Below are positions 31,777-32,000 of a stretch of DNA of 32,000 nt, piece after piece. Each line of letters starts with the position of its first letter. Position 1 is the first letter of the stretch. The notes under the pieces are model-generated. The model had not been told where the DNA came from, searched no databases, and saw nothing but the letters and a program-made list of their open reading frames with translations. A program made the position numbers and the translations under genes. The stretch comes from Candidatus Saccharimonadota bacterium (GTDB lineage: Archaea > Nanohalarchaeota > Nanosalinia > Nanosalinales > Nanosalinaceae). The stretch is from assembly GCF_047555085.1 (NCBI RefSeq), contig NZ_CP180230.1:870001-902000 (forward strand). Direction: 5' to 3'.

Positions 31777-32000
31777 TTAGGTGAACTTATCCAGTAGGCG
31801 GGAGATAATGCCTTTTCCACCGATCTGTGGCTCGTATTCTATCCCTGCTACGTCTGAAGCAATCACGTTGAATCTTTCAGAGACATGGTGATCCGGTGCG
31901 TGATGTACAACAGGCTTCTTCTTTGCAAGAGCTTCTTCCACTTTCTGATGCTCAGGGATCTCCATCATGACTTCGTAGCCGATCATGGATTCAACTTCTT
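31777..32000 (-). CDS. MinD/ParA-family ATPase paralog, C-terminal part only (gene continues beyond the right edge)
   Basis: The frame stays open upstream of the listed Met to the window edge. The C-terminal EIPEHQKVEEALAKKKPVVHHAPDHHVSERFNVIASDV parallels EVPDHKHVREAIALRKPVVAHKPKSKVSHAIHDVAHRV of the downstream minD. Confidence 0.7.
   Translation of the reverse strand, partial: EVESMIGYEVMMEIPEHQKVEEALAKKKPVVHHAPDHHVSERFNVIASDVAGIEYEPQIGGKGIISRLLDKFT

Noticed and set aside
1-32000. CRISPR arrays, rRNA/tRNA genes, IS elements, integrases, toxin-antitoxin or restriction-modification genes
   Set aside because: I saw no direct-repeat/spacer periodicity, no structured RNA candidates in the short spacers, and no recognisable transposase, integrase, methyltransferase or nuclease motifs in any ORF.

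Overview
This is a compact, gene-dense window with about 30 CDS. Intergenic DNA is scarce, many stop/start overlaps occur, and three convergent gene pairs abut or overlap at their 3' ends. The content looks archaeal: Hel308 helicase, type II GAPDH, archaeal-type TPI, archaeal NMNAT, an ADP-dependent sugar kinase and a class I (DhnA-type) aldolase. The predicted proteins are very acidic, as in halophiles. By inference this fits a small DPANN/Nanohaloarchaeota-like genome, which I cannot verify without a database search.

Layout:
- 1-8526: a cell-surface island on the minus strand. It holds the N-terminal 1818 codons of a giant modular surface protein that runs off the left edge, a C-terminally anchored acidic surface protein, a small secreted lamin-tail-domain (LTD) protein and a 336-aa secreted protein.
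- 8862-17158: hel308, an fba-fbp gluconeogenic pair, a thioredoxin-fold/unknown/NMNAT operon, NAD(P)HX dehydratase and gap.
- 17232-30843: a glycogen plus upper-EMP supercluster. It contains three and a half GT-B glycosyltransferases (one a eukaryote-type GT3 glycogen synthase), a GH57 amylase, a debranching enzyme, pgi, tpiA, an ADP-dependent PFK/GK, PGM/PMM and a HIT protein with an HxHxQ motif.
- 30935-32000: tandem MinD/ParA paralogs.

I recognised no rRNA, tRNA, CRISPR array, transposase or integrase.

The most striking signal is at the DNA level. The palindrome AGGCCT occurs about 125 times by my manual count, against roughly 6 expected from base composition. It appears in all three codon phases and in intergenic DNA, and its flanks are biased toward a longer palindrome (GAGGCCTC, CAGAGGCCTCTG). 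It is conspicuously absent from two blocks of the surface-protein island.
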